Below, piece by piece: positions 63,236-64,000 of a DNA stretch of 64,000 nt. This DNA is from Ophelia neglecta (taxonomy: Eukaryota). The translations under genes and the position numbers were made by a program. The notes under the pieces were generated by a model. It ran no database searches, was not told the origin of the DNA, and was given only the letters and a program-made list of their open reading frames with translations. The stretch's first letter is position 1, and every line of letters starts with the position of its first letter. Location of the stretch: the NCBI GenBank assembly GCA_965285935.1, contig OZ260661.1:133672001-133736000 (forward strand). The letters run 5' to 3'.

Positions 63236-63941
63236 CTAGAATCCGTTGAAGGAGCTGTCTGAGTCTGAGTCATTTAATAACAACTCCACATCCCGATCGT
63301 CAGCACATGCTAAATCGTCGTAATACGACTCGTGTGCGTTGGGTTGGGCTTCGGCAGGCTCAGCGGCCTCCAGGGGGGTGTCCTCCCATAGGATGTCGTC
63401 CTCGGTTCCATCATTGCATTCGAAATGCAACATTTTTTAAAGCCGTTTACGATGATCTAGGGATCCAGCTCTTGCCAAGGGTCCACGATCCATTGACAAA
63501 TAGTGTTCATCTCCACTTTCTGTTGACGACCAGTGGCAGGGAAAGTGTGTTGTCCGCCAATCATCCACTCGTTCCACTTCTTGGTGAGTAGAACCTTGAA
63601 TGGGCGGTTCACAGAGACGTCGAGGGGCTGAAGATGCGAAGTCATACCGCCTGGTATAATGACAAGGTCAGTGCGTAGCTCCTTGAGTTGGGCTTTGACA
63701 GCACCTTGTGTGCTCTGAAACTGTCCAGCACCAACATACGACGACGGAGGAAGCCACGGCTGGCCCATACGGAGCGCAGCCAGTCCGCTGTAAGTTTCTC
63801 GTCCATCCACCCCTTTGCTTGGACGCGGACGATGACTCCAGGTGAAAAATCCAGCTTGGGCATTGTTTTCCACTTAAATATAACGTAGGGGGGCAACTTC
63901 GTTCCGTCAGCGAGGCAAGCCAACATGACCGTACCTCTCAA
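63236..63941 (-). mobile_element. Frameshifted pogo-family (DDE_1) transposase relic
   Basis: TVMLACLADGTKLPPYVIFK..KGWMD..LVLDSFRAH, then after a frameshift IIPGGMTSHLQPLDVSVNRPFK, then an acidic tail DGTEDDILWE. Confidence 0.9.
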
Positions 63942-64000
63942 TACTGTGCTTCAGTTATCATGGTAATTGAACCAAATTACACTGATTGATGAATACATGT

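Overview
AT-rich, intron-containing animal genomic DNA, probably from a marine invertebrate (inferred from the repeat types; the species cannot be determined). Most real genes are spliced and are missed by the ORF track. By manual exon joining I find three things. (1) A two-exon, 66-aa protein at 1.5-2.7 kb with signal peptide, Thr-rich core and GPI signal (CD24/CD52-like architecture). (2) A tandem array of five same-strand paralogues, here CTLR1-5 (5-43 kb), of a type I membrane receptor: signal peptide, one atypical C-type lectin-like domain, Ser/Thr stalk, TM helix and a tyrosine-motif-rich tail. CTLR1 and CTLR2 are intact. CTLR5 is intact apart from an unclear stalk-exon donor. CTLR3 is a CTLR2/CTLR5 chimera with a frameshifted tail. 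CTLR4 is a truncated pseudogene copy of CTLR1. (3) The first three coding exons (54-58 kb) of a protein with an Ig V-like domain that lacks the canonical disulfide. The rest is LINE relics (one 788-codon open RT), DNA-transposon relics, tRNA-derived SINEs, MITEs and tandem repeats. Best candidate for a new system: a fast-evolving invertebrate immune/self-recognition receptor cluster whose paralogues differ in ligand-binding loops and in ITAM-like versus ITIM-like tail motifs. That function is inferred, not shown.
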